A DNA stretch of 64,000 nt from contig JAVKSQ010000004.1 of the NCBI GenBank assembly GCA_039583615.1, positions 5,162 through 69,161 of the forward strand, given 5' to 3'. The notes under the pieces were generated by a model. The model had not been told where the DNA came from. It was given only the letters and a program-made list of their open reading frames with translations, and did no database searches. This document shows, piece after piece, positions 1 through 10,320 of the stretch (position 1 is its first letter; each line of letters starts with the position of its first letter). Made by a program: the position numbers and the translations under genes. The DNA is from Acidimicrobiales bacterium. Its GTDB lineage: Bacteria > Actinomycetota > Acidimicrobiia > Acidimicrobiales > QHCF01.

Positions 1-17
1 TGGTGAGATAGCCGGCC

Positions 18-1169
18 TTGATCCCCCGGGTGCCCGGCCGACGGGCGTGGCTGGCCGCGCTGGCCGTGCTGGTCGGATGTGCCATGGCGCTGGGCGCCTG
101 CGGGGGCTCGGGCAGCCAAGGGGCGGCGCTGGCCCCGGTCGCCCGCCAGGATCTGAGCCTGAGCTTCGGCGACTACCAGAGCCACGCCCAGCTCACCTAC
201 CCGGCCACCGGGGGTCGCCACGCCGCGGTGGTCCTGGTCCCCGGCTCCTACGCCGAGGACCTCAACGCCGACGTGTGCTCGCCGTCGGGCAGGCCCCTCT
301 CCCACATCTTCGCGGACATCGCCGACTACCTGTCGCCCCGGGGCTACGCGGTGCTGCGCTACGACAAGCACTACGTGACCGGATCGTGCCAGGGCAGCAC
401 CGACGCCAGCCTCGGCCAGCTCCTCCACGACGCCGGCACGGTGCTGCAGGCGGCGGAGTCGGATCCCCACGTCGACCCCCGACGCATCTTCGTCTACGGC
501 TGGAGCGAGGGGTCCACGGTCGCCGCCGCCCTGGTCCTCCAGCACCCGGAGGTGGCCGGCCTGGTCGTCCAGGGCCCGGTGGTCTACCCCTGGCAGCAGG
601 TCTTCGCCTATCAGGACCTTGACGTGGGTGTGGCCTACCTGCGATCCCTGGCGCCGGACGGCAAGGTGACCGCCCAGGTCCTGCGGAGGGCGGCGGCCGG
701 GGACGGAGGGCTGGTGGCCAAGAGCATCCTGCGCTACGTGGCGACGCCCGGCTCCGGGCCGGGGCACTACGCCGTCAACCCCGCCCTGGACACCAACCAC
801 GACGGCGTCCTGGACATCGGCACCGAGGTGGTGCCCGGGCTCCAGCGGGAGCTTGGCAGCCTCCTGTCGCCGGCCGGCCCTCTTCACGACTACGGGCCCG
901 GCCAGGCTCTCCCGGTGCTGGGGGATCAGGCCTCCAAGCTCACCCTGCCCACCCTCATCCTGCAGGGAGAGAACGACGGCAACGTCGCACCCTCGGGCGC
1001 CACCGAGCTCGACAACACCCTGGCCGCCTCCCAGAAGTCCGTGATCTTCTACCCAGGGCTGGGCCACTCGCTGGGCCCGGCGGCGAGCCCCGTCCGGGAC
1101 GACTTTGCCCCCATCGCCCACCCGCCCCTGGCCAACCTGACCAGCTGGCTGGACCGGCACCAGAGCTGA
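18..1169 (+). CDS. alpha/beta-fold hydrolase, probable lipoprotein
   Basis: 383-aa ORF (TTG start). N-terminal hydrophobic signal ends in a lipobox-like LGAC. Nucleophile elbow GWSEGS (GxSxG) and C-terminal GLGH are typical of alpha/beta hydrolases. Confidence 0.7.
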   Translation: MIPRVPGRRAWLAALAVLVGCAMALGACGGSGSQGAALAPVARQDLSLSFGDYQSHAQLTYPATGGRHAAVVLVPGSYAEDLNADVCSPSGRPLSHIFADIADYLSPRGYAVLRYDKHYVTGSCQGSTDASLGQLLHDAGTVLQAAESDPHVDPRRIFVYGWSEGSTVAAALVLQHPEVAGLVVQGPVVYPWQQVFAYQDLDVGVAYLRSLAPDGKVTAQVLRRAAAGDGGLVAKSILRYVATPGSGPGHYAVNPALDTNHDGVLDIGTEVVPGLQRELGSLLSPAGPLHDYGPGQALPVLGDQASKLTLPTLILQGENDGNVAPSGATELDNTLAASQKSVIFYPGLGHSLGPAASPVRDDFAPIAHPPLANLTSWLDRHQS

Positions 1170-1200
1170 CCCGGGCGGGGCGCCGGTACCGCCCGGCGTC

Positions 1201-1206
1201 TATAAT
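1201..1206 (+). promoter_or_regulatory. candidate -10 hexamer TATAAT upstream of gltB
   Basis: Perfect TATAAT in the short GC-rich gap between the hydrolase stop and gltB. An 8-bp-stem hairpin (1171-1196) precedes it. No convincing -35. Confidence 0.3.
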
Positions 1207-1286
1207 CGCTACTGGCAGATGGGCCAGTGTCGTCCCGGCCAGCGGAGCATTTCCTACTGTCGGCTCTCCTCGGGAAGACGCCAAAG

Positions 1287-4200
1287 ATGACCAGCCCCAC
1301 CGCCAACCCCGGCCCTCAGGGCCTCTACGACCCGAGCCTGGAGCACGACGCCTGCGGGGTGGCCTTCGTGGCCGACCTGGGCGGTCGGCCCAGCCACGCC
1401 ATGGTCGACCTCGGCCTGACCGCCCTGGCCAACCTGGAGCACCGGGGGGCCAAGGGTGCCGAGACCAACACCGGCGACGGGGCGGGGATCCTGGTCCAGC
1501 TGCCCCAGCGGTTCCTCGCCGAGGAGGCGGCGGCGGCCGGCATCGACCTGCCGGCACCGGACCGTTACGCCACCGGCATCGCCTTCCTGCCCCAGCAGGC
1601 GGGTGAGGCAGCCCAGGCCCAGGGCGCGGTGGCCAAGGTGGCCGCCTCGGAGGGGCTGGCCGTCCTGGGCTGGCGGGAGGTGCCGGTGGTGGACGGGTTG
1701 GTGGGAGAGATGGCCCGGCGGGTCCAGCCCACATTTCGCCAGGTGTTCATGGCCGGAGACGGGCTCGCCGGGGACGACCTGGAGCGGCGGGTGTTCGTGG
1801 TCCGCAAGCGGGTGGAGCACGAGGTGCCCGGCGTCTACTTTCCCAGCCTGTCGAGCCGGACCATGGTCTACAAGGGCATGCTCACCGCCCCCCAGCTGCC
1901 GCAGTTCTTCTGCGACCTGGCTGACCAGCGGGTGGAGAGTGCCCTGGCCCTGGTCCACTCCCGGTTCTCGACCAACACCTTCCCGTCCTGGCCGCTGGCC
2001 CACCCCTACCGCTACCTGTGCCACAACGGGGAGATCAACACCATCGCCGGCAACCGCAACTGGATGCGGGCCCGGGAGGCGCTGATGCGAACCGACCTCA
2101 TCCCCGGGTACCTGGAGCGCATCTTTCCTGCCCTCACACCCGGGGCCAGCGACTCGGCCACCTTCGACGAGGCCTTGGAGCTGTTGCACCAGGGAGGTCG
2201 CTCCCTGCCCCACGCCGTGCTGATGATGATCCCCGAGGCGTGGGAGAACCACGAGTCGATGGACCCGGCCCGGCGGGACTTCTACAAGTTCCACGCCTCG
2301 CTGATGGAGCCCTGGGACGGCCCGGCCGCCATCGCCTTCACCGACGGGCGGCTCATCGGGGCGGTGCTCGACCGCAACGGGCTGCGCCCGGCCCGCTGGT
2401 GGGTCACCGCCGACGGCGTGGTGGTGATGGCCTCCGAGGTCGGGGTGCTGGACCTGGACCCGGCCCGGGTGGTGCGCAAGGGCCGGCTGGCACCGGGGCG
2501 GATGTTCCTGGTGGACACCAGCGCCGGGCGGATCGTGGACGACGCCGAGATCAAGGCCGGCCTGGCGGCCCAGCACCCCTACGGCGAGTGGCTGCACGCC
2601 GGCCTGGTCGATCTCGACGCCCTGGCTCCCCGGGAGCCCGACCGGCCCAGCCACGGCGCGCTGGTGGCGGCCCAGCAGCTGCACGGCTGGACCCAGGAGG
2701 ACATGCGCATCCTGGTCGGACCCATGGCCGCCAAGGGGGTAGAGCCCATCGGCTCCATGGGCTCGGACACCCCTCCGGCGGTGCTGTCGTCCCGGCCCCG
2801 GTTGATGTTCGACTACTTCAGCCAGCTCTTCGCCCAGGTGACCAACCCGCCCCTCGACGCCATCCGAGAGGAGCTGGTCACCTCGCTGCGGGCCACCCTG
2901 GGGCCGGAGGGCAACCTGCTGGAGGCCTCTCCCGCCTCGTGCCGCCAGGTGGTGCTGGAGAGCCCGGTGCTGGACAACGACCAGCTGGCCCGGCTGGTCC
3001 ACGTCAACGACGACGGCGACCACCCGGGCCTGGCGGCGGCCACCGTCACCGGCTGTTACGCGGTCGAGGGAGGGGGAGAGGCCCTGCGAGCGGGTATCGA
3101 GCGGGCGCGGGCCGAGGTCAGCCGGGCCATCGCCGCCGGGGCGTCGACGGTGGTCCTCTCCGACCGCTGCCGCTGCCACCCCGACCCCGACGCCTCCGCC
3201 CGGCCCTCGGCCGACGGCTCCGCCGGCGACCCGGCGCACCGCTCGGCCGCCCCCTGCGCCCGGCCCTCGGCCGACGGCTCCGCCGGCGACCCGGCGCACC
3301 GCCCGGCCGCCCCCTGCGCCCCCATCCCCTCCCTGCTGCTCACCTCGGCCGTCCACCACCACCTGATCCGAGAGCGCACCCGGACCCGGGTCGGCCTGGT
3401 GGTGGAGGCGGGCGACGCCCGGGAGGTCCACCATGTCTGCCTGCTGCTGGGCTACGGAGCCAGCGCGGTCAACCCCTGGCTGGCCTTCGAGACGGTGTGC
3501 GAGCTGGTGGCCTCGGGGGCGGTCGAAGGCCCGGTGGACGAGGCCCTCCACCGCTACGTCAAGGCCCTGGGCAAGGGCGTGCTCAAGGTCATGTCCAAGC
3601 TCGGCATCTCCACGGTGGCCTCCTACACCGGTGCCCAGGTGTTCGAGGCCCTGGGCGTGTCCCAGGCGGTGGCCGACGAGTACTTCACCGGCACGGTGAG
3701 CAAGCTGGGGGGCGCCGGCCTGGACGAGATCGCCGCCGAGGTGGCCGCCCGCCATGCTCGCGCCTACCCCGCCGACGGGCGCATCCCCGTCCGGTCGGAC
3801 CTCGAGAACGGGGGCGAGTACCAGTGGCGCCGGGACGGCGAGGTCCACCTGTTCAACCCGCGCACCGTGTTCAAGCTGCAGCACGCCACCCGCTCCAAGC
3901 GCTACCAGATCTTCAAGGAGTACACCCAGGCGGTGGACGACCAGGCCGGGCGGCAGGCCACCCTGCGCGGCCTGTTCCGACTGCGCACCGGCGGGGAGCC
4001 GGGGGCCCGCCCCTCGGTGCCCATCGAGGAGGTGGAGCCGGTCTCGTCCATAGTCACCCGCTTCGCCACCGGAGCCATGTCCTACGGCTCCATCTCGGCC
4101 GAGGCCCACGAGAACCTGGCCATCGCCATGAACCGCCTGGGCGGCCGCTCCAACACCGGCGAGGGCGGGGAGGACGCCGAGCGCTACATCCCCCTTCCCA

Positions 4201-5984
4201 ACGGCGACTCCCGGCGCAGCGCGGTCAAGCAGGTGGCCTCCGGGCGCTTCGGCGTCACATCCGAGTACCTGGTCAACGCCGACGACCTCCAGATCAAGAT
4301 GGCCCAGGGGGCCAAGCCGGGGGAGGGCGGCCAGCTGCCGGGCCACAAGGTCTACCCGTGGATCGCCCGCACCCGCTTCTCGACCCCCGGCGTGGGCCTC
4401 ATCTCCCCGCCCCCCCACCACGACATCTACTCCATCGAGGACCTGGCCCAGCTCATCCATGACCTCAAGAACGCCAACCCCCGGGCCCGGGTCCACGTCA
4501 AGCTGGTGGCCGAGGTGGGGGTGGGCACGGTCGCCGCCGGGGTCTCCAAGGCCCACGCCGACGTGGTGCTGATCTCCGGCAACGACGGCGGCACCGGCGC
4601 CTCGCCCCTCACTTCCCTCAAGCACGCCGGCGCCCCCTGGGAGCTGGGCCTGGCCGAGACCCAGCAGACCCTGCTGCTCAACAACCTGCGGGACCGCATA
4701 GTCGTCCAGGTGGACGGCCAGCTCAAGACCGGCCGCGACGTGGTGGTGGCAGCCCTGCTGGGGGCCGAGGAGTACGGCTTCGCCACCGCCCCCCTGGTCG
4801 TCTCCGGATGCATCATGATGCGGGTCTGCCACCTCGACACCTGCCCGGTGGGGGTGGCCACCCAGAACCCCGAGCTGCGCAAGCGCTTCAACGGCAAGCC
4901 GGAGTTCGTGGAGACCTTTTTCGAGTACCTGGCCGAGGAGGTGCGCGAGCATCTGGCCGCCCTGGGCTTTCGCAGCCTGGAGGAGGCCGTCGGCCAGGCC
5001 GAGGCGCTGGACGTGGCGCCGGCCCTGGACCACTGGAAGGCGTCAGGGCTCGACCTCTCCCCGATCCTGGCTGTGCCCGACCTGGTGGCCGACGGGCGGC
5101 CCCGACGGTGCGTCCAGAGCCAGGACCACGGCCTCGACCGTGCCCTCGATGCCATGTTGATCGAAAGGTGCCGCCTCTCCCTCGACTCCGGCGCCCCGCT
5201 CAGGCTCGACCTGCCCATCAACAACACCAACCGGACCGTCGGCACCATGCTGGGCTCCGAGCTGACGCGCCGGTGGGGGGCGGAGGGGCTGCCGGACGAC
5301 ACCATCGACCTGCGCTTCAGCGGTTCGGCCGGCCAGAGCTTCGGGGCCTTCCTGCCGAGGGGCATCACCCTGCGCCTGGACGGGGACGCCAACGACTACG
5401 TGGGCAAGGGCCTGTCGGGGGGCCGGCTGGTGCTGCGTCCTCCCGCCCAGGCACGCAACCTGGTGGCCGAGGACAACATCATCGCCGGCAACGTCGTCCT
5501 CTACGGGGCCACCGGCGGCGAGGCCCTCATCCGCGGCCAGGTGGGGGAGCGCTTCTGCGTCCGCAACTCGGGCGCCACCGCCGTGGTCGAAGGAGTGGGC
5601 GACCACGCCTGCGAGTACATGACCGGCGGGCGGGCGGTCATCCTGGGCCCGACCGGGCGTAACGTGGGGGCGGGCATGTCAGGCGGGATCGCCTACGTGT
5701 GGGACCCCGACGGGACCCTGGCCCGCCGCCTCAACCCCGAGATGGTCGACCTGGAGCGCCTTGACCCCGACGACCGCCAGTGGCTGCACCGGATGGTGCG
5801 GCGCCACCTGGCCGAGACCTCCTCGGCCCGGGCCGAGGCGCTGGTGGGCAGCTGGTGGTTCGAGGCCAAGCGGTTCGTGAAGGTGATGCCCAAGGACTAC
5901 CGCCGGGTGCTGGAGGCGACGCGGCTGGCCGAGGAGCATGGCGAGTCGGTGGACGAGGCGATCATGGCGGCGGCCCGTGGGTGA
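1287..5984 (+). CDS. gltB: glutamate synthase (GOGAT) large subunit
   Basis: Ntn-amidotransferase N-terminus [19 protein letters not shown], central and FMN domains, and C-terminal GXGXG-rich domain are all recognisable. ATG at 1287 is chosen over the ORF-track start 1227 because it leaves a typical short propeptide before the catalytic Cys. Confidence 0.95.
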   Translation: MTSPTANPGPQGLYDPSLEHDACGVAFVADLGGRPSHAMVDLGLTALANLEHRGAKGAETNTGDGAGILVQLPQRFLAEEAAAAGIDLPAPDRYATGIAFLPQQAGEAAQAQGAVAKVAASEGLAVLGWREVPVVDGLVGEMARRVQPTFRQVFMAGDGLAGDDLERRVFVVRKRVEHEVPGVYFPSLSSRTMVYKGMLTAPQLPQFFCDLADQRVESALALVHSRFSTNTFPSWPLAHPYRYLCHNGEINTIAGNRNWMRAREALMRTDLIPGYLERIFPALTPGASDSATFDEALELLHQGGRSLPHAVLMMIPEAWENHESMDPARRDFYKFHASLMEPWDGPAAIAFTDGRLIGAVLDRNGLRPARWWVTADGVVVMASEVGVLDLDPARVVRKGRLAPGRMFLVDTSAGRIVDDAEIKAGLAAQHPYGEWLHAGLVDLDALAPREPDRPSHGALVAAQQLHGWTQEDMRILVGPMAAKGVEPIGSMGSDTPPAVLSSRPRLMFDYFSQLFAQVTNPPLDAIREELVTSLRATLGPEGNLLEASPASCRQVVLESPVLDNDQLARLVHVNDDGDHPGLAAATVTGCYAVEGGGEALRAGIERARAEVSRAIAAGASTVVLSDRCRCHPDPDASARPSADGSAGDPAHRSAAPCARPSADGSAGDPAHRPAAPCAPIPSLLLTSAVHHHLIRERTRTRVGLVVEAGDAREVHHVCLLLGYGASAVNPWLAFETVCELVASGAVEGPVDEALHRYVKALGKGVLKVMSKLGISTVASYTGAQVFEALGVSQAVADEYFTGTVSKLGGAGLDEIAAEVAARHARAYPADGRIPVRSDLENGGEYQWRRDGEVHLFNPRTVFKLQHATRSKRYQIFKEYTQAVDDQAGRQATLRGLFRLRTGGEPGARPSVPIEEVEPVSSIVTRFATGAMSYGSISAEAHENLAIAMNRLGGRSNTGEGGEDAERYIPLPNGDSRRSAVKQVASGRFGVTSEYLVNADDLQIKMAQGAKPGEGGQLPGHKVYPWIARTRFSTPGVGLISPPPHHDIYSIEDLAQLIHDLKNANPRARVHVKLVAEVGVGTVAAGVSKAHADVVLISGNDGGTGASPLTSLKHAGAPWELGLAETQQTLLLNNLRDRIVVQVDGQLKTGRDVVVAALLGAEEYGFATAPLVVSGCIMMRVCHLDTCPVGVATQNPELRKRFNGKPEFVETFFEYLAEEVREHLAALGFRSLEEAVGQAEALDVAPALDHWKASGLDLSPILAVPDLVADGRPRRCVQSQDHGLDRALDAMLIERCRLSLDSGAPLRLDLPINNTNRTVGTMLGSELTRRWGAEGLPDDTIDLRFSGSAGQSFGAFLPRGITLRLDGDANDYVGKGLSGGRLVLRPPAQARNLVAEDNIIAGNVVLYGATGGEALIRGQVGERFCVRNSGATAVVEGVGDHACEYMTGGRAVILGPTGRNVGAGMSGGIAYVWDPDGTLARRLNPEMVDLERLDPDDRQWLHRMVRRHLAETSSARAEALVGSWWFEAKRFVKVMPKDYRRVLEATRLAEEHGESVDEAIMAAARG
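3201..3320 (+). repeat. 60-bp in-frame tandem duplication inside gltB (2 copies, 59/60 identical)
   Basis: cggccctcggccgacggctccgccggcgacccggcgcaccgc(t/c)cggccgccccctgcgcc occurs twice back to back. It encodes [14 protein letters not shown](S/P)AAPCA x2. Confidence 0.95.
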
Positions 5985-7581
5985 GCTGGGCGGCTTCCTG
6001 CGCTACCGGCGGGAGGGGCCGCCCCGCCGGTCGGTCCCCCTGCGGGTGCGGGACTGGCGAGAGGTCTACGAGCCGTTCCCGCCCGAGCGCCTCCAGGTGC
6101 AGGCGGCCCGCTGCATGGACTGCGGGATCCCCTTCTGCCACGAGGGGTGCCCGCTGGGGAACCTGATCCCCGACTGGAACGACCTGGTCTACCGGGAGGA
6201 CTGGGCGGCCGCCATGGACCGCCTGCACGCCACCAACAACTTCCCGGAGATGACCGGGAGGCTCTGCCCGGCGCCGTGCGAGGAGGCCTGCGTGCTGGGC
6301 ATCAACTCCCAGCCGGTGACCATCAAGCAGGTGGAGCTGGGCATAGTGGAGAGGGCCTTCTCGGAGGGTGGGGTTAGGCCGCGGCCGGCTGCGTCGTCTA
6401 CGGGCAGGCGGGTAGCCGTGGTCGGCTCGGGGCCGGCCGGCCTGGCGGCCGCCCAGCAGCTGGCCCGGGCCGGGCACTCGGTGGTCGTCTACGAGCGGGG
6501 GGAGCGGCCGGGAGGGCTGCTGCGCTACGGCATCCCCGAGTTCAAGATGGAAAAGGCGGTGCTGGACCGCCGCCTGGAGCAGCTGGCGGCGGAAGGCGTC
6601 GAATTTCGCTGCCGGACCGTGGTGGGCCGCCCGCCAGGTTGGTCGGGCTCAGGCGCGTCCGGGCCGGACGGCGCGGGGCCGGGTGGGGCCGGAGCGTCCT
6701 GGACGGCCGAGCCGCTGGCCGCCCCGGCCGACGCCTCGGTGGTCGGCGGCGCCGCCCTGCGCACCGAGCACGACGCCCTGGTGCTGGCGGGCGGGGCCAC
6801 CCTGCCCAGAGACCTGGACATCCCCGGGCGCCACCTGGCCGGCATCCACACCGCCATGGCCTTCCTCAAGCCGGCCAACCTGGTCCAGGAGAAGTCCTCT
6901 TCCGTTGCCCCTGCGGAGCAGTGGGGTGCGCTGGAGGAGTCGCCCATATCGGCCCAGGGCAAGCGGGTGGTCATCGTGGGCGGGGGAGACACCGGGGCCG
7001 ACTGCCTGGGAACCGTGCACCGCCAGGGAGCGGTGTCGGTCCACCAGCTGGAGATCATGCCCCAGCCTCCCGAGCTGCGCCCGGAGTCCAACCCGTGGCC
7101 GACCTGGCCCACCATCCTGCGCACCTCGGCGGCTCACGAGGAGGGCGGGGAGCGGCTGTTCTCGGTCACCGCCACCCAGTTCCTGGACGACGGGCGAGGG
7201 GCGGTGGCCGCCTTGGCCCTGCATCAGGTGGAGCTGGTGATGGAGGGCGGACGGCCGAGCTTCGTGCCGGTGGCGGGCAGCCAGTCGGTGCTGGAGTGCG
7301 AGCTGGTGCTGCTGGCCATGGGCTTCCTAGGCCCCGAGCGGGCCGGCCTGGTGGAGGAGCTGGGCCTGGAGCTGGACGCCCGGGGCAACGTGGCCCGCGA
7401 CGAGGCCTGGGCCACCAACCTGGAGGGCGTCTTCGTCTGCGGCGACATGGGCCGGGGCCAGAGCCTGATCGTGTGGGCCATAGCCGAGGGTCGGGCGGCC
7501 GCCGCCTCGGTCGACCGCGCTCTCATGGGCGACAGCCCCCTTCCTGCCCCGGTCAAGCCCACCCAGATGGCCCTGCGCTAG
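5977..7581 (+). CDS. gltD: glutamate synthase small subunit (NADPH)
   Basis: GFLRYRRE N-terminus, Cys clusters CMDCGIPFC and CPAPCEEAC, and FAD/NAD GxGxxG motifs ([24 protein letters not shown]). GTG at 5977 overlaps the gltB stop; ORF-track start is 5938. Confidence 0.93.
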   Translation: MGELGGFLRYRREGPPRRSVPLRVRDWREVYEPFPPERLQVQAARCMDCGIPFCHEGCPLGNLIPDWNDLVYREDWAAAMDRLHATNNFPEMTGRLCPAPCEEACVLGINSQPVTIKQVELGIVERAFSEGGVRPRPAASSTGRRVAVVGSGPAGLAAAQQLARAGHSVVVYERGERPGGLLRYGIPEFKMEKAVLDRRLEQLAAEGVEFRCRTVVGRPPGWSGSGASGPDGAGPGGAGASWTAEPLAAPADASVVGGAALRTEHDALVLAGGATLPRDLDIPGRHLAGIHTAMAFLKPANLVQEKSSSVAPAEQWGALEESPISAQGKRVVIVGGGDTGADCLGTVHRQGAVSVHQLEIMPQPPELRPESNPWPTWPTILRTSAAHEEGGERLFSVTATQFLDDGRGAVAALALHQVELVMEGGRPSFVPVAGSQSVLECELVLLAMGFLGPERAGLVEELGLELDARGNVARDEAWATNLEGVFVCGDMGRGQSLIVWAIAEGRAAAASVDRALMGDSPLPAPVKPTQMALR

Positions 7582-7585
7582 GCGG

Positions 7586-8158
7586 CTACCCACCGCGGCC
7601 AGGCGGGTTGTCCGCCTCGGCGACCAGGTCATCGGGTACCACCCGGATCGGGAAGGGGTCGTCGGTCGCGTAGGCCTCACTCCCGATCACCCGGGCTTCC
7701 TGGTGGTACTCGCTTCCGGACAGCCGGAGCACGGTGAGGCTGGGCTCGGCCGGATCGACGACCCAGTAGGTGGGCGCACCTCCGTCGGCATAGATCCGCC
7801 GCTTCTCACTCAGGTCCCGACGCCGCCCAGTGGGGGAGAGGACCTCGACCACCAGCACTGGCTGGCCTTCTATGGAGCGAGGGGTAATGCTCGACCGTTC
7901 CACCACCATCAGGTCCGGCTCGGGGACCTGGCCGGGGCCGATGTGCCAAGCCACTGGTGCGACGAAGGTCCGCAGGCCCCGGGTCATGGCGGCCTGGCGT
8001 ACCAGGACCAGCAGCTCGACCAGGGCGCCCTGGTGAGCGGTCCCGGGCGGGGGGGTCACGACCAGGGCGCCGTCCAGGACCTCGTAGCGATTCCCGTCGT
8101 CAGGGGTGTCGAACAGGTCGTCCAGGTCGAAAAACTCACGGTCGAGGATCCGGGCCAC
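7586..8158 (-). CDS. Uma2-family (DUF820) putative restriction-like endonuclease
   Basis: 190 aa. RYEVLDGALVV...PEPDLMVV...LVVEVLSP...D...K...Y...G...YWVVDP is the pattern characteristic of the Uma2/PD-(D/E)xK family. Confidence 0.75.
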   Translation of the reverse strand: MARILDREFFDLDDLFDTPDDGNRYEVLDGALVVTPPPGTAHQGALVELLVLVRQAAMTRGLRTFVAPVAWHIGPGQVPEPDLMVVERSSITPRSIEGQPVLVVEVLSPTGRRRDLSEKRRIYADGGAPTYWVVDPAEPSLTVLRLSGSEYHQEARVIGSEAYATDDPFPIRVVPDDLVAEADNPPGRGG

Positions 8159-8245
8159 CCCCCAAGCATGCCATGGCGCTGACTCGGGTGGACAGCCCTG
8201 GCGGACGCCTGAACGCCTGCTGTTCCAGGTGCCCGGCGGGATAAG

Positions 8246-9319
8246 GTGGCGGATCGACAGCCAGCAGGCTTACCGGGCGGGCGGGCCTGCCTCGCAGGGC
8301 GACGGCACTGGCGGGCACCCGGCGTGACCGCGGGACGACGTCTCTGCGCGGCAGTGGTGCTCGCCGGCATCGGCGTTGCCGGTCTGGCTGCCTGCGGACA
8401 GCGTGCCGACAGCGGGGCTGGCGCCCACAACAGCGTGGGGGCGGTGCAGGGGAGGGCCACCACCACGGTGCCGACAACCTCGGATGCCGGTGGGTCCAGT
8501 GTCGGCGGGTCCAGTGTCGGCGGGCCTCGGGGCACCTTCCCTCACCTCCTGCCCGACGGCAACGGCCGTGCACCTGTCTTCTCCCACGGTCGACGGGACG
8601 AGCCCCTGGTGGCGTTGACCTTCGACTCCAACCTCACCGACTACATGATCCGTGAGCTGGATCGAGGGACGGTACGGTCGTTCGCCAACACCACCGTCAT
8701 CGACGTGCTCGACCGCTACCAGGTGCCGGCCACCATGTTCCTGTCGGGCAAATGGGTCGAGCGCTACCCGCAGGTGACGATGCGCCTGGCCACCGATCCA
8801 CTGTTCGAGCTCGGGAGCCACTCCTATGCCCACGTCGGGTTCGCGCCGCGCTGCTATGGCCTCGGGCTTCTCCCGCCGAGCGAGATGGCGCCGGACGTGC
8901 TGGCGTCGTTCCAGGTGCTGGCCCGCTTCACCGCCCATCCGACCCCGTACTTCCGGTTTCCCGGAGGCTGCTACACCAACCAGGCTCTGGCGGCCGTCGA
9001 GCCCACCGGGGTCACCGTCATCGAGTACGACCTGCCGTCAGGTGACGCCTTCAGCCACTCGGTGCCAGCCATCGTGCAGACCACGCTCAGCCACGTCCAG
9101 GACGGCTCGGTCGTCGTGCTGCACCTCACCGGCGGCAACACCGCCCCTCTCACCGCCGACGCCCTGCCCGCCATCGTCACTGGCCTCAGGGCTCGAGGCT
9201 TCGAGCTGGTGCGGGTCTCCGAGCTGATCGCCCGTTCCCAGCGGGTACCGCCCGGCGGGTCTCGGGCGGTGTCCCAGGCACCACAGCCGGCCGTCACTGA
9301 CCACCCGGCGGCGGGATAG
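8246..9319 (+). CDS. polysaccharide deacetylase (NodB-homology), probable lipoprotein
   Basis: Signal/lipobox GLAACGQ. NodB motifs VALTFDS, ATMFLSG and GSHSYAH. Confidence 0.8.
   Translation: MADRQPAGLPGGRACLAGRRHWRAPGVTAGRRLCAAVVLAGIGVAGLAACGQRADSGAGAHNSVGAVQGRATTTVPTTSDAGGSSVGGSSVGGPRGTFPHLLPDGNGRAPVFSHGRRDEPLVALTFDSNLTDYMIRELDRGTVRSFANTTVIDVLDRYQVPATMFLSGKWVERYPQVTMRLATDPLFELGSHSYAHVGFAPRCYGLGLLPPSEMAPDVLASFQVLARFTAHPTPYFRFPGGCYTNQALAAVEPTGVTVIEYDLPSGDAFSHSVPAIVQTTLSHVQDGSVVVLHLTGGNTAPLTADALPAIVTGLRARGFELVRVSELIARSQRVPPGGSRAVSQAPQPAVTDHPAAG
8492..8521 (+). repeat. 15-bp perfect tandem duplication (gggtccagtgtcggc x2)
   Basis: Read directly. Encodes GSSVG GSSVG in the linker after the deacetylase signal peptide. 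Confidence 0.9.
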
Positions 9320-9340
9320 GGCGGCGGCGGGACGAGGACG

Positions 9341-10312
9341 GTGGCCTGGGTCAACACGGTCAGGGGGCCGGTGGACACCGCCCGCCTCGGCGCCACCCTC
9401 ATGCACGAGCACGTCTTCGTCCTGAGCACCGAGATCCAGCACAATCACCCAGCGCGATGGGGGACCGATCAGGCCAGGGTCGACGACGCCGTGCGCCAGC
9501 TCGACCAGCTCAGGGACTCGGGCGTCGACACCATCGTCGACCTGACCGTGTTGGGCCTGGGCCGATCCATCCGCCGGGTGGCGGCCGTGGCGGCCCGCAC
9601 CGACCTCAACATCGTGGTCGCCACCGGCTTGTACACCCACCGGGACCTGCCCATGTACTTCCGTTATCGGGGGCCGGGGACCATGCTCGGCGGTCCCGAG
9701 CCCATGGTCGAGATGTTCGTGGCGGACATCGAGGCAGGGGTGGCCGGCACTGGCGTCAGAGCGGGCATCCTCAAGTGCGCCACCGACGAGCCGGGCCTCA
9801 CCCCGGACGTGGAACGCGTTCTGAGGGCAGTGGCCCAGGCCCATCGCCGCACCGGCGTGCCCATCTCCACCCACACCCACGCCGCCACCAGGCGCGGCCT
9901 GGACCAGCAGCGGGTGTTCGCCGAGGAGGGGGTCGACCTGGGTAGGGTGGTGGTGGGCCACAGTGGCGATACCACCGACCTCGGCTACCTGGAGGAGCTC
10001 ATGGCCAACGGCTCGTTCCTGGGCATGGACCGCTTCGGGGTGGACTTCATCCTGGCCTTCGAGGACCGGGTGGCCACGGTGGCCCGGCTCTGCCAGCGGG
10101 GCCACGCCGACCAGATGGTGCTGTCTCACGACGCCGCCTGCCACATCGACTGGCTGGGGTTCGACGAGCCCCCCGGCTCTCCCACCCGGTTCACCCAGAT
10201 CAGTGACCAGGTGGTCCCTGCCCTGCGCCAGCTCGGAGTCACCGAGGAACAGCTTCGCCAGATGCTGGTCGACAACCCCCGCCGAATCTTCGAGCGACAG
10301 GATGCCTACTGA
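9341..10312 (+). CDS. phosphotriesterase-related (amidohydrolase superfamily) protein
   Basis: 323 aa. N-terminal GPVDTARLGATLMHEHV metal-binding HxH context, an internal STHT motif, and VVGHSGD and VLSHDA motifs typical of the PTE/PHP family. Confidence 0.75.
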   Translation: MAWVNTVRGPVDTARLGATLMHEHVFVLSTEIQHNHPARWGTDQARVDDAVRQLDQLRDSGVDTIVDLTVLGLGRSIRRVAAVAARTDLNIVVATGLYTHRDLPMYFRYRGPGTMLGGPEPMVEMFVADIEAGVAGTGVRAGILKCATDEPGLTPDVERVLRAVAQAHRRTGVPISTHTHAATRRGLDQQRVFAEEGVDLGRVVVGHSGDTTDLGYLEELMANGSFLGMDRFGVDFILAFEDRVATVARLCQRGHADQMVLSHDAACHIDWLGFDEPPGSPTRFTQISDQVVPALRQLGVTEEQLRQMLVDNPRRIFERQDAY

Positions 10313-10320
10313 GGCCGGCC

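Noticed and set aside
1254-5033. 1259-aa ORF antisense to gltB. Similar giant antisense or out-of-frame ORFs occur at 27115-31419, 17742-19805, 46495-48219, 56717-58867 and 9038-10423.
   Set aside because: Long stop-free antisense frames are expected in ~70% GC DNA. Their translations are Arg/Gly/Pro/His-rich low-complexity sequence with no motifs. The opposite-strand genes have unmistakable conserved signatures.
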